Positions 36,501 to 50,545 of a DNA stretch of 64,000 nt are shown one piece after another. This DNA is from Anthoceros angustus (taxonomy: Eukaryota; Plantae; Anthocerotophyta): contig MU008154.1 in NCBI GenBank assembly GCA_010909165.1, forward strand, positions 682,001 through 746,000, read 5' to 3'. A model generated the notes under the pieces. The model did not search any database and was not told where the DNA came from. It saw only the letters and a list, made by a program, of their open reading frames with translations. Within the stretch, counting starts at the first letter, position 1, and each line of letters begins with the position of its first letter. The translations under genes were made by a program, and so were the position numbers.

Positions 36501-38309
36501 GCTCCGGTTCTCGGTGTAGACTTGAAGTGCATCTTTTATCAAAGATATGACCTCGGAAAGGTGTGTGCATTATCAAAGTAGGGCACATATCTTTGTTCTA
36601 GGTAAGGTGTTCTTAAGTGACAAGGGGTCTTTGTCTCTCGGCGAGGGGGTCGATATCCCCCCTTCAAAATTCGTGTTGTTGCTTCCACATCACAATCATA
36701 GTTACTGCGCGAGGGTGTCATTCATATGATGTGTCATTCATATGATATTTTGTTTCTTGAAGAAGAAGAAGAAGACTAGAAAGGTACAGAAAGAAGGCAA
36801 CTATACACCTAGTTTCTATGCAACTTTTATAATTTAACTCATTCTTGAGTGTCTCTTTGTCCTAGTTTCTTCCGCACGATGTTGGTAGGATTCTACAACG
36901 TTTCTTGCATATTTCCACTCTGCCAGTAAAGGTATAGCTTTACAACCATCTTGCAGGCAACTTCCCAGTTTTTCTGAGAACCCGAACATCGCTCCTGAAT
37001 ATTATTCTAGGCATCAAGACTTTGTTTTCGTTTCACATTGATCCGGTACACTGTTCACCATGAGGTTTCACAAAGCAGCCTATAAGAGGAAGCGATTGAG
37101 CATAGAATGCAATAGACACTGCTAGAATATTCGGCCTTGAACTAGATTATGGTCACATATTTAAATTTCTATTGTGCATTTCATTCAGAAGTAGCCTTGC
37201 AGGCCTCTCGTTACAACAAGTGGGCCCGTAAGGCTTTTCATAGTAGCGGGCCCCGTAGGACTTTTTACAACAAGTGGCCCCGTAGGGCCTTTTACAATAG
37301 GCGGACCCATAGGGCTTTGGCTTGGGCCCAGCTCCAAGTGCACACCATACCACTTTCGTTCTCGCATTGCAGGCGAATCAAGAAGAGCATCAGGTCAAGG
37401 ACGATATTATTGTGCCAAATGTCTAAGAAACAAAGTCTTAGGATTCCGGGCGAGTATAGTCTTAGGATTGGTAGTACAGTGAAAGGTTGATGCAAAACAA
37501 GTTTGCACACCAAAATCACAAGCCCTAAACACTCTAAATGTTTGTACACGCGGATTGTGAGAATGACCTTCTTTAGGAAGGCTCAAAATTGGATAAAAAT
37601 TGAAAATCAAATGCGTTTGTGCACACGTAAACAAGACCTAAACTATTCAAAATGGTCTTTTTAGTGCGGATTTTTAGCATGCAATTTGGGGTTTATGGCA
37701 AGTGCAAAAGGTTTCGGAGAAACCCTTTCTACCCGACGCTATTCTGGTAGAAACCCATGGGAGTTAATGATATCGATCCCCTTGCTCCTTCTTGTCACTG
37801 GTAACACAATATCAGCGGACGATTCGCCGTGCATTGAACTTGAGAATTTATGGTCTTGGTAATGACATTGTTGCACCACTTGTGGCTGCAAAGGAGTTTC
37901 TCAATAGGCTAGAGGTCGATGTGGTCGCTGCTCGAGCCGCTTGGAAAGGATGGTAGAGACCGCATATTGATTATGACTTTTCACTCCATGGATGATCGCC
38001 TCCAGTTATGAAGGCTAGGTCTATGTTACAGACTAGGTTATATATCAATCGATCTTACACCATTGCAATGGAAGATTAAGAAGGAGAAGTTACCGCCGAG
38101 CTGCTGCAAGTCAACGGCTTTCTTTCATGGGGATGAATTTGTGGTGTTTAGCCCTCGCTCATGCATTTCATTAACATTATTGATTGATTGAAGATTATTT
38201 GTCTTGTTTGAATTTTACCTTTGCATTCGTCTAGACCATTTTACCGCAATCTATGTAGTTGCCATATTTCAATCCTATGAAAGATCCGTCCTTAGTGGAC
38301 TTGAATAAA

Positions 38310-38387
38310 TTTCTTCTTCTTCTTCTTCATCTTCTTCTTCTTGTTCTTCTTGTTCTTCTTCTCTTCTTCTTCTTCCTCTTCTTCTTG

Positions 38388-38432
<45 letters not shown>

Positions 38433-38471
38433 ATCTTCTTCTTCTCTTCTTCTTCTTCCTCTTCTTCTTCT
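38310..38471. repeat. (CTT)n microsatellite; also at 28822-28960, 33001-33082, 42506-42653, 46638-46786, 47121-47180 and (GAA)n at 51715-51850
   Basis: Directly visible. Confidence 0.97.
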
Positions 38472-38675
38472 TACAGTTATTAATTGTATTTAGAAAACTA
38501 TGAAACTTCTTCACCTCTAGGTATTGTATGTATACATGTTTAGTATAGTGATTATTTTTCACTAGCATAGTAAATAAAAATTATTTATTTAATTATTTAT
38601 GTATGCTATTCTTTGCAACAACAAAGAAACATACAACCATATTACATACATATCAGGCCCTTCTTGTTTCCACCT

Positions 38676-39770
38676 TTAAATTTGCATACTAAATTGTGCT
38701 AACATGAAGTCTTGCGATATGCAATCTCGCATCACTTGACCATGGTACACATCTAGCTCCGCATCCAAGACCTCTGCACTTTTGACTATGGCGGGTGGTT
38801 GGCTACCTCCTCTTCCTATAACATGTGCCGCCACACTCCCATTTGGGGGTCGTTGGTTTGCCGCTTGTATTATCATTCGCATATCAATTGCCTCAATGGT
38901 CATTGGTTTGCCATCAAGATCCAAGTGGTTGTTTGGCTTAGTGGTTCGGAGCTTTTGAGAGAACCACAATAAGTAGGGTTGCAACAAAGTCGTGGCTCAA
39001 GTATCACAAAGTTAGAGACTTCAACTTAAACCGTGAGACAAGATCAAACAACAAAATCCAAATGTAAAATTGAAGTTCAAAACCGCCCAATCATATATCG
39101 ACAAGCTAGGCACAAGTAACACTAAATATGCACAAGTTCCACTAAGTACTTAAGCATCTAACTGCACACCAAAGTGTGTAGTTACAAACCTTGGAGGTTA
39201 AGTAGGGTGCGATTCGTCTTGCTGCTTATCTAAGTCGTGTGTCAACACCTCCGAGCCCCGCCTCGAGAACCTCTCCTCTGCCAGATTCGTCCGCATTGGA
39301 TGACGAGCACCGCCACGCCTTGCTTTCTTTTATTGAGCTTGATCAAGTCATCAAGACTCAATTTGCCTTCCTTAGCGCAACGGTTCCATACATATGGTGA
39401 CCGCCACCGTGGTCCTTTGCCTTAAGCTTGATCAAGTCATGCTTATTCTTTTATTGAGCTTGATCAAGTCATCAAGACTCAATTTGCCTTCCTTAGCAGC
39501 AGCGGTTTCATGTGGTGACCGCCACCGTGGTCCTTTGCCTTAAGCTTGATCAAGTCATGCTTATTCTTTTATTGAGCTTGATCAAGTCATCAAGACTCAA
39601 TTGTTAGCCATGCATGTGGTGACCGCCACCGTGGTCCTTTGCCTTAAGCTTGATCAAGTCATCCACATTCTTTTATTGAGCTTGATCAAGTCATCAAGAC
39701 TTAGATGACCACAACGTTGTCTTAGGTCCTCGAGCAACTCATAATTATTGCTTGGTCGCGAGGAATTCAT
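38676..39770 (-). CDS. ALY/REF-derived gene, copy B (four N-terminal UBM repeats, 2 exons)
   Basis: SLDDLIKLNK x4; exon 2 LDLDGKPMTIEAI...KSAEVLDAELDVYH. Confidence 0.75.
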
Positions 39771-39915
39771 TATTGCTTGGATGTTTGTGCTCTATAATGT
39801 ATTTAAAATTGGTCAATATGGATTATTTTTGTGAAAATATATTCAACCGTGGTGGTTGCTCTCAATATCCTAGGCAAATCAATTGTTAACCGTTGCAAGG
39901 ATGAGCAATTTTACC

Positions 39916-40220
39916 GACCACTTATTGTTTGATAGATGTTCAATTTTATAGACCACTTATTGTTTGATAGATGTTCAATTTTATAGACCACTTATTGTTT
40001 GATAGATGTTCAATTTTATAGACCACTTATTGTTTGATAGATGTTCAATTTTATAGACCACTTATTGTTTGATAGATGTTCAATTTTATAGACCACTTAT
40101 TGTTTGATAGATGTTCAATTTTATAGACCACTTATTGTTTGATAGATGTTCAATTTTACCGAGCACTTATTGTTTGATAGATGTTCAATTTTATACACCA
40201 CTTATTGTTTGATAGATGTT
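39916..40220. repeat. 35-bp minisatellite (gaccacttattgtttgatagatgttcaattttata)n; also at 30707-30998, 44011-44373, 48516-48821 and inverted at 50018-50392
   Basis: About 9-11 head-to-tail units per array, no spacers. Confidence 0.95.
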
Positions 40221-42623
40221 CCTGAGGTGGAACGTAGCGAGGATGAGCAACTTAACAAACCACTTCTTGTTAGGCTTTCCTAAGGTGCAACGTTGCGAAG
40301 GTGGGCAACTCAACCAACCACTTAGATGATGGCTCCTTTATAGATGACCTTGAATACTAGATACTATACAGGGATATTTGATATTTCCTTTCTAGCATCT
40401 TCAAATTGTTTTTTCTTGTGATAGGTACTATAAATGGATATTTGATATTTCCTTTATGGCACGTTCAAGTTGTTTTTCTTGTAATACATACTATTAATGG
40501 ATATATGATATTTCCTTTCCAAAGATGTTCTAATTGTTTTTCTTGTGGTAGCGATATTATATTTATATTTGGTATTTTCTTTTGTGGTATCTTTGAATTT
40601 CTTTCACGCTCGTATTGGTCCATCTTAGTAACAAAATGGCATGGTTGTGCAACTTAATAATTAAGTCTCCTCACTTGCCTTCTTAATGTACAACATGTCA
40701 ATTGGAGAACTAAACTACACCAAATGTAGGAATAGAAGTTGATGTGGAATAGTTACCACACGTGATTAGACAAAGGCATTTGTTTCGTTCCTTGATGAAC
40801 TTTGTGACGTGAACTAAGCAATGTCATGCCTAACACTTCAGCCCAAATGTGGTAACATGGTCATAGTTTTAACCTTATTAATGTTATGAATTGCGCTAAA
40901 CTTACGTCAACTTAAGGCTGGCCTTGATTGCCACGAACCTTTATGTTGAAGCTCACGATGGCCTCCCAAAGCTTCTTACTAAGGGCTGTCCATGGCATTC
41001 AAACCTTCATCAAAAGGAGCCATTCAGATATCTAGTTTGTGACCGAAATCTTTATCAAGGTGCCCAATATTGCAAGGCAAGCGGCAATTAGGAGACCCCA
41101 ATACTTTAGTGTAGATGAGACCATCCAATTTGTACACTTTACATAAAGAACTACTCATCATATTATGATTTCAAGGATGATTTCAAGGACTATCAAACAA
41201 AACAAAACAAAACCTAGACTTGTAGGATAAGAGGTTAGTCGAGAGACTTTGCGTTGTGGAATAGCAGGTTTGACCTACTTTGGGCTTTTCTTGTGAATAC
41301 ATAAGCATTGGGATTCTCATCTTATCTCCATTTTCAAATTTCATGGCCAAACGGAAAAAACATTACTACAATAATATAAATTAAACCACTAGCACAACAA
41401 AATTAAGGCATAATAAAGCAAAAAAGAATAAAACATAAAACATAAAACAAAACAAAACCTCAAACAACGGCAAAACAATAGAGAGAACCTTGTGCATCTT
41501 TTGAATCTTTAGACATTTGGCTTGGGCTCCAAGTGCACACCATACCACTTATTGTTTTTCTTGTGAATCAAGAAGAGCATCGGTCAAGGAAGATATTATT
41601 GTGCCAAATGTCTAAGAAACAAAGTCTTGTAGGATTCCAAAAAAGAGTATAGTCTTAGGATTGGTGATGCAGTGAAAGGTTGATAAAACAAGTTTGCACA
41701 CCAAAATCACAGCAAGCCCTAAACACTCTAAATGTTTGTACGTCGGATTGTGAGAATGACCTTCTTTAGGAAGGCTCAAAATTGGATAAAAATTGAAAAT
41801 CATGCGTTGTGCACACGTAAACAAGACCTAAACTATTCAAAATGGTCTTTTTAGTGCGGATTTTTAGCATGCAATTTGGGGTTTGCGCCTCCGTGTGCAA
41901 AATTCGAGAAACCCCTACCCACGACGTAGAAACCCATGGAGTTAATGATATCGATCCCCGCTCCTTCTTGTCCCGGTGGTAACACAATATCGGCGAAGGT
42001 TCGCCGTGCATTGAACTTGAGAATTTATGGTCTTGGTAATGACATTGTTGCACCACTTGTGGCTGCAAAGGAGTTTCTCAATAGGCTAGAGGTCGATGTG
42101 GTTTGCCATCAAGATCCAAGTGGTTGTTTGGCTTGGAAAGGATCTTTGGTAGAGACCGCATATTGATTATGACTTTTCACTCCATGGATGATCGCCTCCA
42201 GTTATGAAGGCTAGGTCTATGTTACGACCTTTTATATATCAATACCGATCTTACACCATTGCAATGGAAGATTAAGAAGGTTACACCTTTTCATCGTCTG
42301 CAAGTCAACGGCTTTTCTTTCATGGGGATGAATTTGTGGTGTTTAGCCCTCGTTCATGCATTTCATTAACATTATTGATTGATTGAAGATTATTTGTCTT
42401 GTTTGAATTTTACCTTTGCATTCGTCTAGACCATTTTACCGCAATCTATGTAGTTGCCATATTTCAATCCTATGAAAGATCCGTCCTTAGTGGACTTGAA
42501 TAAATTTCTTCTTCTCTTCATCTTCTTCTTCTTGTTGTTCTTGTTGTTGTTGTTCTTCTTCTTCTTCCTCTTCATCTTCTTGTTCTTCTTCTTCCTTCTT
42601 CTTCTTCTTCTTCTTCTTCTTCA

Positions 42624-42654
<31 letters not shown>

Positions 42655-42856
42655 ACAGTTATTAATTGTATTTAGAAAACTATGAAACTTCTTCACCTCT
42701 AGGTATTGTATGTATACATGTTTAGTATAGTGATTATTTTTCACTAGCATAGTAAATAAAAATTATTTATTTAATTATTTATGTATGCTATTCTTTGCAA
42801 CAACAAAGAAACATACAACCATATTACATACATATCAGCCCTTCTTGTTTCCACCT

Positions 42857-43867
42857 TTAAATTTGCATACTAAATTGTGCTAACATGAAGTCTTGCGATA
42901 TGCAATCTCGCATCACTTGACCATGGTACACATCTAGCTCCGCATCCAAGACCTCTGCACTTTTGACTATGGCAGGAGGTCGTTGGCTACCTCCTCTTCC
43001 TATAACATGTGCCGCCACACTCCCATTTGGGGGTCGTTGGTTTGCCGCTTGTATTATCATTCGCATATCAATTGCCTCAATGGTCATTGGTTTGCCATCA
43101 AGATCCAAGTGGTTGTTTGGCTTAGTGGTTCGACGAGCTTTCTGCAGTAAGAGAACCACAATAACCGTTAGGGTTGCAACAAAGTCAGGGCTCAAGTATC
43201 ACAAAGTTAGAGACTTCAACTTAAACTGTGAGACAAGATCAAACAACAAAATCCAAATGTAAAAATTGAAGTTCAAAACCGCCCAATCATATATCGACAA
43301 GCTAGGGCACAAGTAACACTAAATATGCACAAGTTCCACTAAGTACTTAAGCATCTAACCTGGCACACCAAAGTGTGTAGTTACAAACCTTGGAGGTTAA
43401 GTAGGGTGCATTCGTCTTGCTACACGGTTATCTCAGAAGTCGTGTCAACACCTCCGAGCCCCGAGAACCTCTCGTCCTGGCAACAATTGCGTCCGCATTG
43501 GATGACGAGCACCGCCACGCCTTGCTTTCTTTTATTGAGCTTGATCAAGTCATCAAGACTCAATTGCCTTCCTTAGCGCAACGGTTCCATACATATGGTG
43601 ACCGCCACCGTGGTCCTTTGCCTTAAGCTTGATCAAGTCATGCTTATTCTTTTATTGAGCTTGATCAAGTCATCAAGACTCAATTGCCTTCCTTAGCAGC
43701 GGTTTCATGCATGTGGTGACCGCCACCGTGGTCCTTTGCCTTAAGCTTGATCAAGTCATCCACATTCTTTTATTGAGCTTGATCAAGTCATCAAGACTTA
43801 GATGACCACAACGTTGTCTTAGGTCCTCGAGCAACTCATAATTATTGCTTGGTCGCGAGGAATTCAT
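42857..43867 (-). CDS. ALY/REF-derived gene, copy C (exon 1 43867-43389, GT-AG intron 43388-43142, exon 2 43141-42857)
   Basis: N-UBM SLDDLIKLNK x3 in a ~120-bp repeat, RRGG, PYLTSK|KARR phase-0 splice, last RRM strand LDGKPMTIEAI, C-UBM SAEVLDAELDVYH. Exon 1 has small indels in this assembly. Confidence 0.8.
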
Positions 43868-46800
43868 TATTGCTTGGATGTTTGTGCTCTATAATGTATT
43901 TAAAATTGGTCAATATGGATTATTTTTGTGAAAATATATTCAACCGTGGTGGTTGCTCTCAATATCCTAGGCAAATCAATTGTTAACCGTTGCAAGGATG
44001 AGCAATTTTACCACTTATTGTTTGATAGATGTTCAATTTTACCGACCACTTATTGTTTGATAGATGTTCAATTTTATAGACCACTTATTGTTTGATAGAT
44101 GTTCAATTTTATGGACCACTTATTGTTTGATAGATGTTCAATTTTATAGACCACTTATTGTTTGATAGATGTTCAATTTTATGACCACTTATTGTTTGAT
44201 AGATGTTCAATTTTACCACTTATTGTTTGATAGATGTTCAATTTTACCACTTATTGTTTGATAGATGTTCAATTTTATACACCACTTATTGTTTGATAGA
44301 TGTTCAATTTTACGAGCACTTATTGTTTGATAGATGTTCAATTTTATACACCACTTATTGTTTGATAGATGTTCACGAGGTGGAGCGTGGCGAGGATGAG
44401 CAACTTAACAAACCACTTCTTGTTAGGCTTTCCTAAGGTGCAACGCGTTGAAGGTGGGCAACTCAACCAACCACTTAGATGATGGCTCCTTTATAGATGA
44501 CCTTGAATACTAGATACTATACAGGATATTTGATATTTCCTTTCTAGCATCTTCAAATTGTTTTCTTGTGATAGGTACTATAAATGGATATTTGATATTT
44601 CCTTTATGGCACGTTCAAGTTGTTTTCTTGTAATACATACTATTAATGGATATATGATATTTCCTTTCCAAAGATGTTCTAATTGTTTTCTTGTGGTAGC
44701 GATATTATATTTATATTTGGTATTTTCTTTTGTGGTATCTTTGAATTTCTTTCACGCTCGTATTGGTCCATCTTAGTAACAAAATGGCATGGTTGTGCAA
44801 CTTAATAATTAAGTCTCCTCACCTTGCCTTCTTAATGTACAACATGTCAATTGGAGAACTAAACTACACCAAATCTTTGTAGGAATAGAAGTTGATGTGG
44901 GAAATAGTTACCACACGTGATTAGACAAAGGCATTTGTTTCGTTCCTTGATGAACTTTGTGACGTGAACTAAGCAATGTCATGCCTAACACTTCAGCCCA
45001 AATGTGGTAACATGGTCATAGTTTTAACCTTATTAATGTTATGAATTGCGTGCTAAACTTACGTCAACTTAAGGCTGGCCTTGATTGCCACGAACCTTTA
45101 TGTTGAAGCTCACGATGGCCTCCCAAAACTGCTTCTTACTAAGGGCTGTCCATGGCATTCAAACCTTCATCAAAAGGAGCCATTCGTATATCTAGTTTGC
45201 GCACGAAATCTTTATCAAGGTGCCCAATATTGCAAGGCAAGCGGCAATTAGGAGACCCCAATACTTTAGTGTAGATGAGACCATCCAATTTGTACACTTT
45301 ACATAAAGAACTACTCATCATATTATGATTTCAAGGATGATTTCAAGGACTATCAAACTACGTGAGCGGAAAAACAAACCTAGACTTGTAGGATAAGAGG
45401 TTAGTCGAGAGAGACTTTGCGTTGTGGAATAGGTGGTTTGACCTACTTTGGGCTTTTCTTGTGAATACATAAGCATTGGGATTCTCATCTTATCTCCATT
45501 TTCAAATTTCATGGCCAAACGGAAAAAACATTACTACAATAATATAAATTAAACCACTAGCACAACAAAATTAAGGCATAATAAAGCAAAAAGAATAAAA
45601 CATAAAACATAAAACAAAACAAACCTCAAACAACGGCAAAACAATAGAGAGAACCTTGTGCATCTTTTGAATCTTTAGACATTTGGCTTGGGCTCCAAGT
45701 GCACACCATACCACTTTGTTGTTCTTCTTCTTGTGAATCAAGAAGAGCATCGGTCAAGGAAGATATTATTGTGCCAAATGTCTAAGAAACAAAGTCTTGT
45801 AGGATTAGCGAGTATAGTCTTAGGATTGAACAGTGAAAGGTTGATAAAACAAGTTTGCACACCAAAATCACAGAAGCCCTAAACACTCTAAATGTTTGTA
45901 CAGGCATTGTGAGAATGACCTTCTTTAGGAAGGCTCAAAATTGGATAAAAATTGAAAATCAAAACACGTAAACAAGACCTAAACTATTCAAAATGGTCTT
46001 TTTAGTGCGGATTTTTAGCATGCAATTTGGGGTTTCGCAAGTTATGAAGTTCTGGAGAAACCCTTTCTACCCAGACGTAGAAACCCATGGGAGTTAATGA
46101 TATCGATCCCCGCTCCTTCTTGTCCCGGTGGTAACACAATATCGGAGATTGCTTACATTATTGAGAATTTATGGTCTTGGTAATGACATTGTTGCACCAC
46201 TTGTGGCTGCAAAGGAGTTTCTCAATAGGCTAGAGGTCGATGTGGTCGTTGCTCGAGCCTTGGCTTGGAAAGGATGGTAGAGACCGCATATTGATTATGA
46301 CTTTTCACTCCATGGATGATCGCCTCCAGTTATGAAGGCTAGGTCTATGTTACGACGACTCTTATATATCAATCGATCTTACACCATTGCAATGGAAGAT
46401 TAAGAAGGAGAAGTTACTTTCGAGTCTGCTGCAAGTCAACGGCTTTCTTTCATGGGGATGAATTTGTGGTGTTTAGCCCTCGTTCATGCATTTCATTAAC
46501 ATTATTGATTGATTGAAGATTATTTGTCTTGTTTGAATTTTACCTTTGCATTCGTCTAGACCATTTTACCGCAATCTATGTAGTTGCCATATTTCAATCC
46601 TATGACGAAGATCCGTCCTTAGTGGACTTGAATAAATTTCTTCTTCCTCTTCATCTTCTTCATTTGTTGTTGTTGTTGTTGTTCTTCTTCTTCTTCCTCT
46701 TCATCTTCTTGTTCTTCTTCTTCCTTCTTCTTCTTCTTCTTCTTCTTCTCTCTTCTTCTTCTTCTTCTTCTTCATCTTCTTCTTCTTACAGTTATTAATT

Positions 46801-47144
46801 GTATTTAGAAAACTATGAAACTTCTTCACCTCTAGGTATTGTATGTATACATGTTTAGTATAGTGATTATTTTTCACTAGCATAGTAAATAAAAATTATT
46901 TATTTAATTATTTATGTATGCTATTCTTTGCAACAACAAAGAAACATACAACCATATTACATACATATCAGGCCCTTCTTGTTTCCACCTTTAAATTTGC
47001 ATACTAAATTGTGCTAACATGAAGTCTTGCGATATGCAATCTCGCATCACTTGACCATGGTACACATCTAGCTCCGCATCCAAGACCTCTGCACTTTTGA
47101 CTATGGCGGAGGTGGCTACCTCCTCTTCTTCTTCTTCTTCTTCA

Positions 47145-47179
<35 letters not shown>

Positions 47180-47384
47180 TTACAGTTATTAATTGTATTT
47201 AGAAAACTATGAAACTTCTTCACCTCTAGGTATTGTATGTATACATGTTTAGTATAGTGATTATTTTTCACTAGCATAGTAAATAAAAATTATTTATTTA
47301 ATTATTTATGTATGCTATTCTTTGCAACAACAAAGAAACATACAACCATATTACATACATATCAGGCCCTTCTTGTTTCCACCT

Positions 47385-48371
47385 TTAAATTTGCATACTA
47401 AATTGTGCTAACATGAAGTCTTGCGATATGCAATCTCGCATCACTTGACCATGGTACACATCTAGCTCCGCATCCAAGACCTCTGCACTTTTGACTATGG
47501 CGGAGGTGGCTACCTCCTCTTCCTATAACATGTGCCGCCACACTCCCATTTGGGGTCGTTGGTTTGCCGCTTGTATTATCATTCGCATATCAATTGCCTC
47601 AATGGTCATTGGTTTGCCATCAAGATCAAGTGGTTGTTTGGCTTAGTGGTTCGAGCTTTCGCAGAAGAGAACCACAATAAGTAGGGTTGCAACAAAGTCG
47701 GGCTCAAGTATCACAAAGTTAGAGACTTCAACTTAAACTGTGAGACAAGATCAAACAACAAAATCCAAATGTAAAATTGAAGTTCAAAACCGCCCAATCA
47801 TATATCGACAAGCTAGGCACAAGTAACACTAAATATGCACAAGTTCCACTAAGTACTTAAGCATCTAACTGCACACCAAAGTGTGTAGTTACAAACCTTG
47901 GAGGTTAAGTAGGGTGCGATTCGTCTTGCTACGGTTATCAGTCGTGTGTCAACACCTCCGAGCCCCGCCGAGAACCTCTCGTCCTTGGCAGCGATTCGTC
48001 CGCATTGGATGACGAGCACCGCCACGCCTTGCTTTCTTTTATTGAGCTTGATCAAGTCATCAAGACTCAATTGCCTTCCTTAGCGCAACGGTTCCATACA
48101 TATGGTGACCGCCACCGTGGTCCTTTGCCTTAAGCTTGATCAAGTCATGCTTATTCTTTTATTGAGCTTGATCAAGTCATCAAGACTCAATTGCCTTCCT
48201 TAGCGGTTTCATGCATGTGGTGACCGCCACCGTGGTCCTTTGCCTTAAGCTTGATCAAGTCATCCACATTCTTTTATTGAGCTTGATCAAGTCATCAAGA
48301 CTTAGATGACCACAACGTTGTCTTAGGTCCTCGAGCAACTCATAATTATTGCTTGGTCGCGAGGAATTCAT
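47385..48371 (-). CDS. ALY/REF-derived gene, copy D (extra 3' fragment at ~46991-47120)
   Basis: SLDDLIKLNKRK x3, RRIAPYLTSK, exon 2 as in copy C. Confidence 0.75.
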
Positions 48372-50545
48372 TATTGCTTGGATGTTTGTGCTCTATAATG
48401 TATTTAAAATTGGTCAATATGGATTATTTTTGTGAAAATATATTCAACCGTGGTGGTTGCTCTCAATATCCTAGGCAAATCAATTGTTAACCGTTGCAAG
48501 GATGAGCAATTTTACCGACCACTTATTGTTTGATAGATGTTCAATTTTATAGACCACTTATTGTTTGATAGATGTTCAATTTTATAGACCACTTATTGTT
48601 TGATAGATGTTCAATTTTATAGACCACTTATTGTTTGATAGATGTTCAATTTTACTGACCACTTATTGTTTGATAGATGTTCAATTTTACCGAGCACTTA
48701 TTGTTTGATAGATGTTCAATTTTATAGACCACTTATTGTTTGATAGATGTTCAATTTTACCGAGCACTTATTGTTTGATAGATGTTCAATTTTATACACC
48801 ACTTATTGTTTGATAGATGTTCCTGAGGTGGAACGTAGCGAGGATGAGCAACTTAACAAACCACTTCTTGTTAGGCTTTCCTAAGGTGCAACGCGTTGAA
48901 GGTGGGCAACTCAACCAACCACTTAGATGATGGCTCCTTTATAGATGACCTTGAATACTAGATACTATACAGGATATTTGATATTTCCTTTCTAGCATCT
49001 TCAAATTGTTTTTCTTGTGATAGGTACTATAAATGGATATTTGATATTTCCTTTATGGCACGTTCAAGTTGTTTTTCTTGTAATACATACTATTAATGGA
49101 TATATGATATTTCCTTTCCAAAGATGTTCTAATTGTTTTCTTGTGGTAGCGATATTATATTTATATTTGGTATTTTCTTTTGTGGTATCTTTGAATTTCT
49201 TTCACGCTCGTATTGGTCCATCTTAGTAACAAAATGGCATGGTTGTGCAACTTAATAATTAAGTCTCCTCACCTTGCCTTCTTAATGTACAACATGTCAA
49301 TTGAGAACTAAACTACACCAAATGCTGTAGGAATAGAAGTTGATGTGGGAAATAGTTACCACACGTGATTAGACAAAGGCATTTGTTTCGTTCCTTGATG
49401 AACTTTGTGACGTGAACTAAGCAATGTCATGCCTAACACTTCAGCCCAAATGTGGTAACATGGTCATAGTTTTAACCTTATTAATGTTATGAATTGCGTG
49501 CTAAACTTACGTCAACTTAAGGCTGGCCTTGATTGCCACGAACCTTTTATGTTGAAGCTCACGATGGCCTCCCAAAACTGCTTCTTACTAAGGGCTGTCC
49601 ATGGCATTCAAACCTTCATCAAAAGGAGCCATTCGTATATCTAGTTTCGCGGCACCGAAATCTTTATCAAGGTGCCCAATATTGCAAGGCGCAAGCGGCA
49701 ATTAGGAGACCCCAATACTTTAGTGTAGATGAGACCATCCAATTTGTACACTTTACATAAAGAACTACTCATCATATTATGATTTCAAGGACTGAAGGAA
49801 ATATCAAATATCCATTTATAGTACCTATCACAAGAAAAAACAATTTGAAGATGCTAGAAAGGAAATATCAAATATCCCTGTATAGTATCTAGTATTCAAG
49901 GTCATCTATAAAGGAGCCATCATCTAAGTGGTTGGTTGAGTTGCCCACCTTAGTTGCACCTTAGGAAAGCCTAACAAGAAGTGGTTTGTTAAGTTGCTCA
50001 TCCTCGCTCCACCTCGTGAACATCTATCAAACAATAAGTGGTGTATAAAATTGAACATCTATCAAACAATAAGTGGTGTATAAAATTGAACATCTATCAA
50101 ACAATAAGTGCTCGTAAAATTGAACATCTATCAAACAATAAGTGGTCTATAAAATTGAACATCTATCAAACAATAAGTGGTCTATAAAATTGAACATCTA
50201 TCAAACAATAAGTGGTCTATAAAATTGAACATCTATCAAACAATAAGTGGTCTATAAAATTGAACATCTATCAAACAATAAGTGGTCATAAAATTGAACA
50301 TCTATCAAACAATAAGTGGTCTATAAAATTGAACATCTATCAAACAATAAGTGCTCGTAAAATTGAACATCTATCAAACAATAAGTGGTCGGTAAAATTG
50401 CTCATCGCAAGGTTCCACCGAGAACTCCTAACAATTGATTGCCTAGGATATTGAGAGCAACCACCACGGTTGAATATATTTTCACAAAAATAATCCATAT
50501 TGACCAATTTTAAATACATTATAGAGCACAAACATCCAAGCAATA

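Noticed and set aside
39916-40220. CRISPR-like 35-bp repeat arrays
   Set aside because: Units are head-to-tail with no unique spacers, there are no cas genes, and the context is eukaryotic.
42454-42750. Poly-Phe/Leu membrane or poly-Lys/Glu ORFs (also at 28699, 38259, 46529, 51619)
   Set aside because: Translations of (CTT)n microsatellites with inconsistent frames between copies.
44900-45520. Possible second gene in the satellite unit (MKFENGDKMRIP.., KVYKLDGLIYTK..) and a + strand piece GLGNDIVAPLVAAKEFLNRLEVD at ~42025
   Set aside because: Coding-like but fragmented, with no family I can recognise; needs a polished consensus and a profile search.
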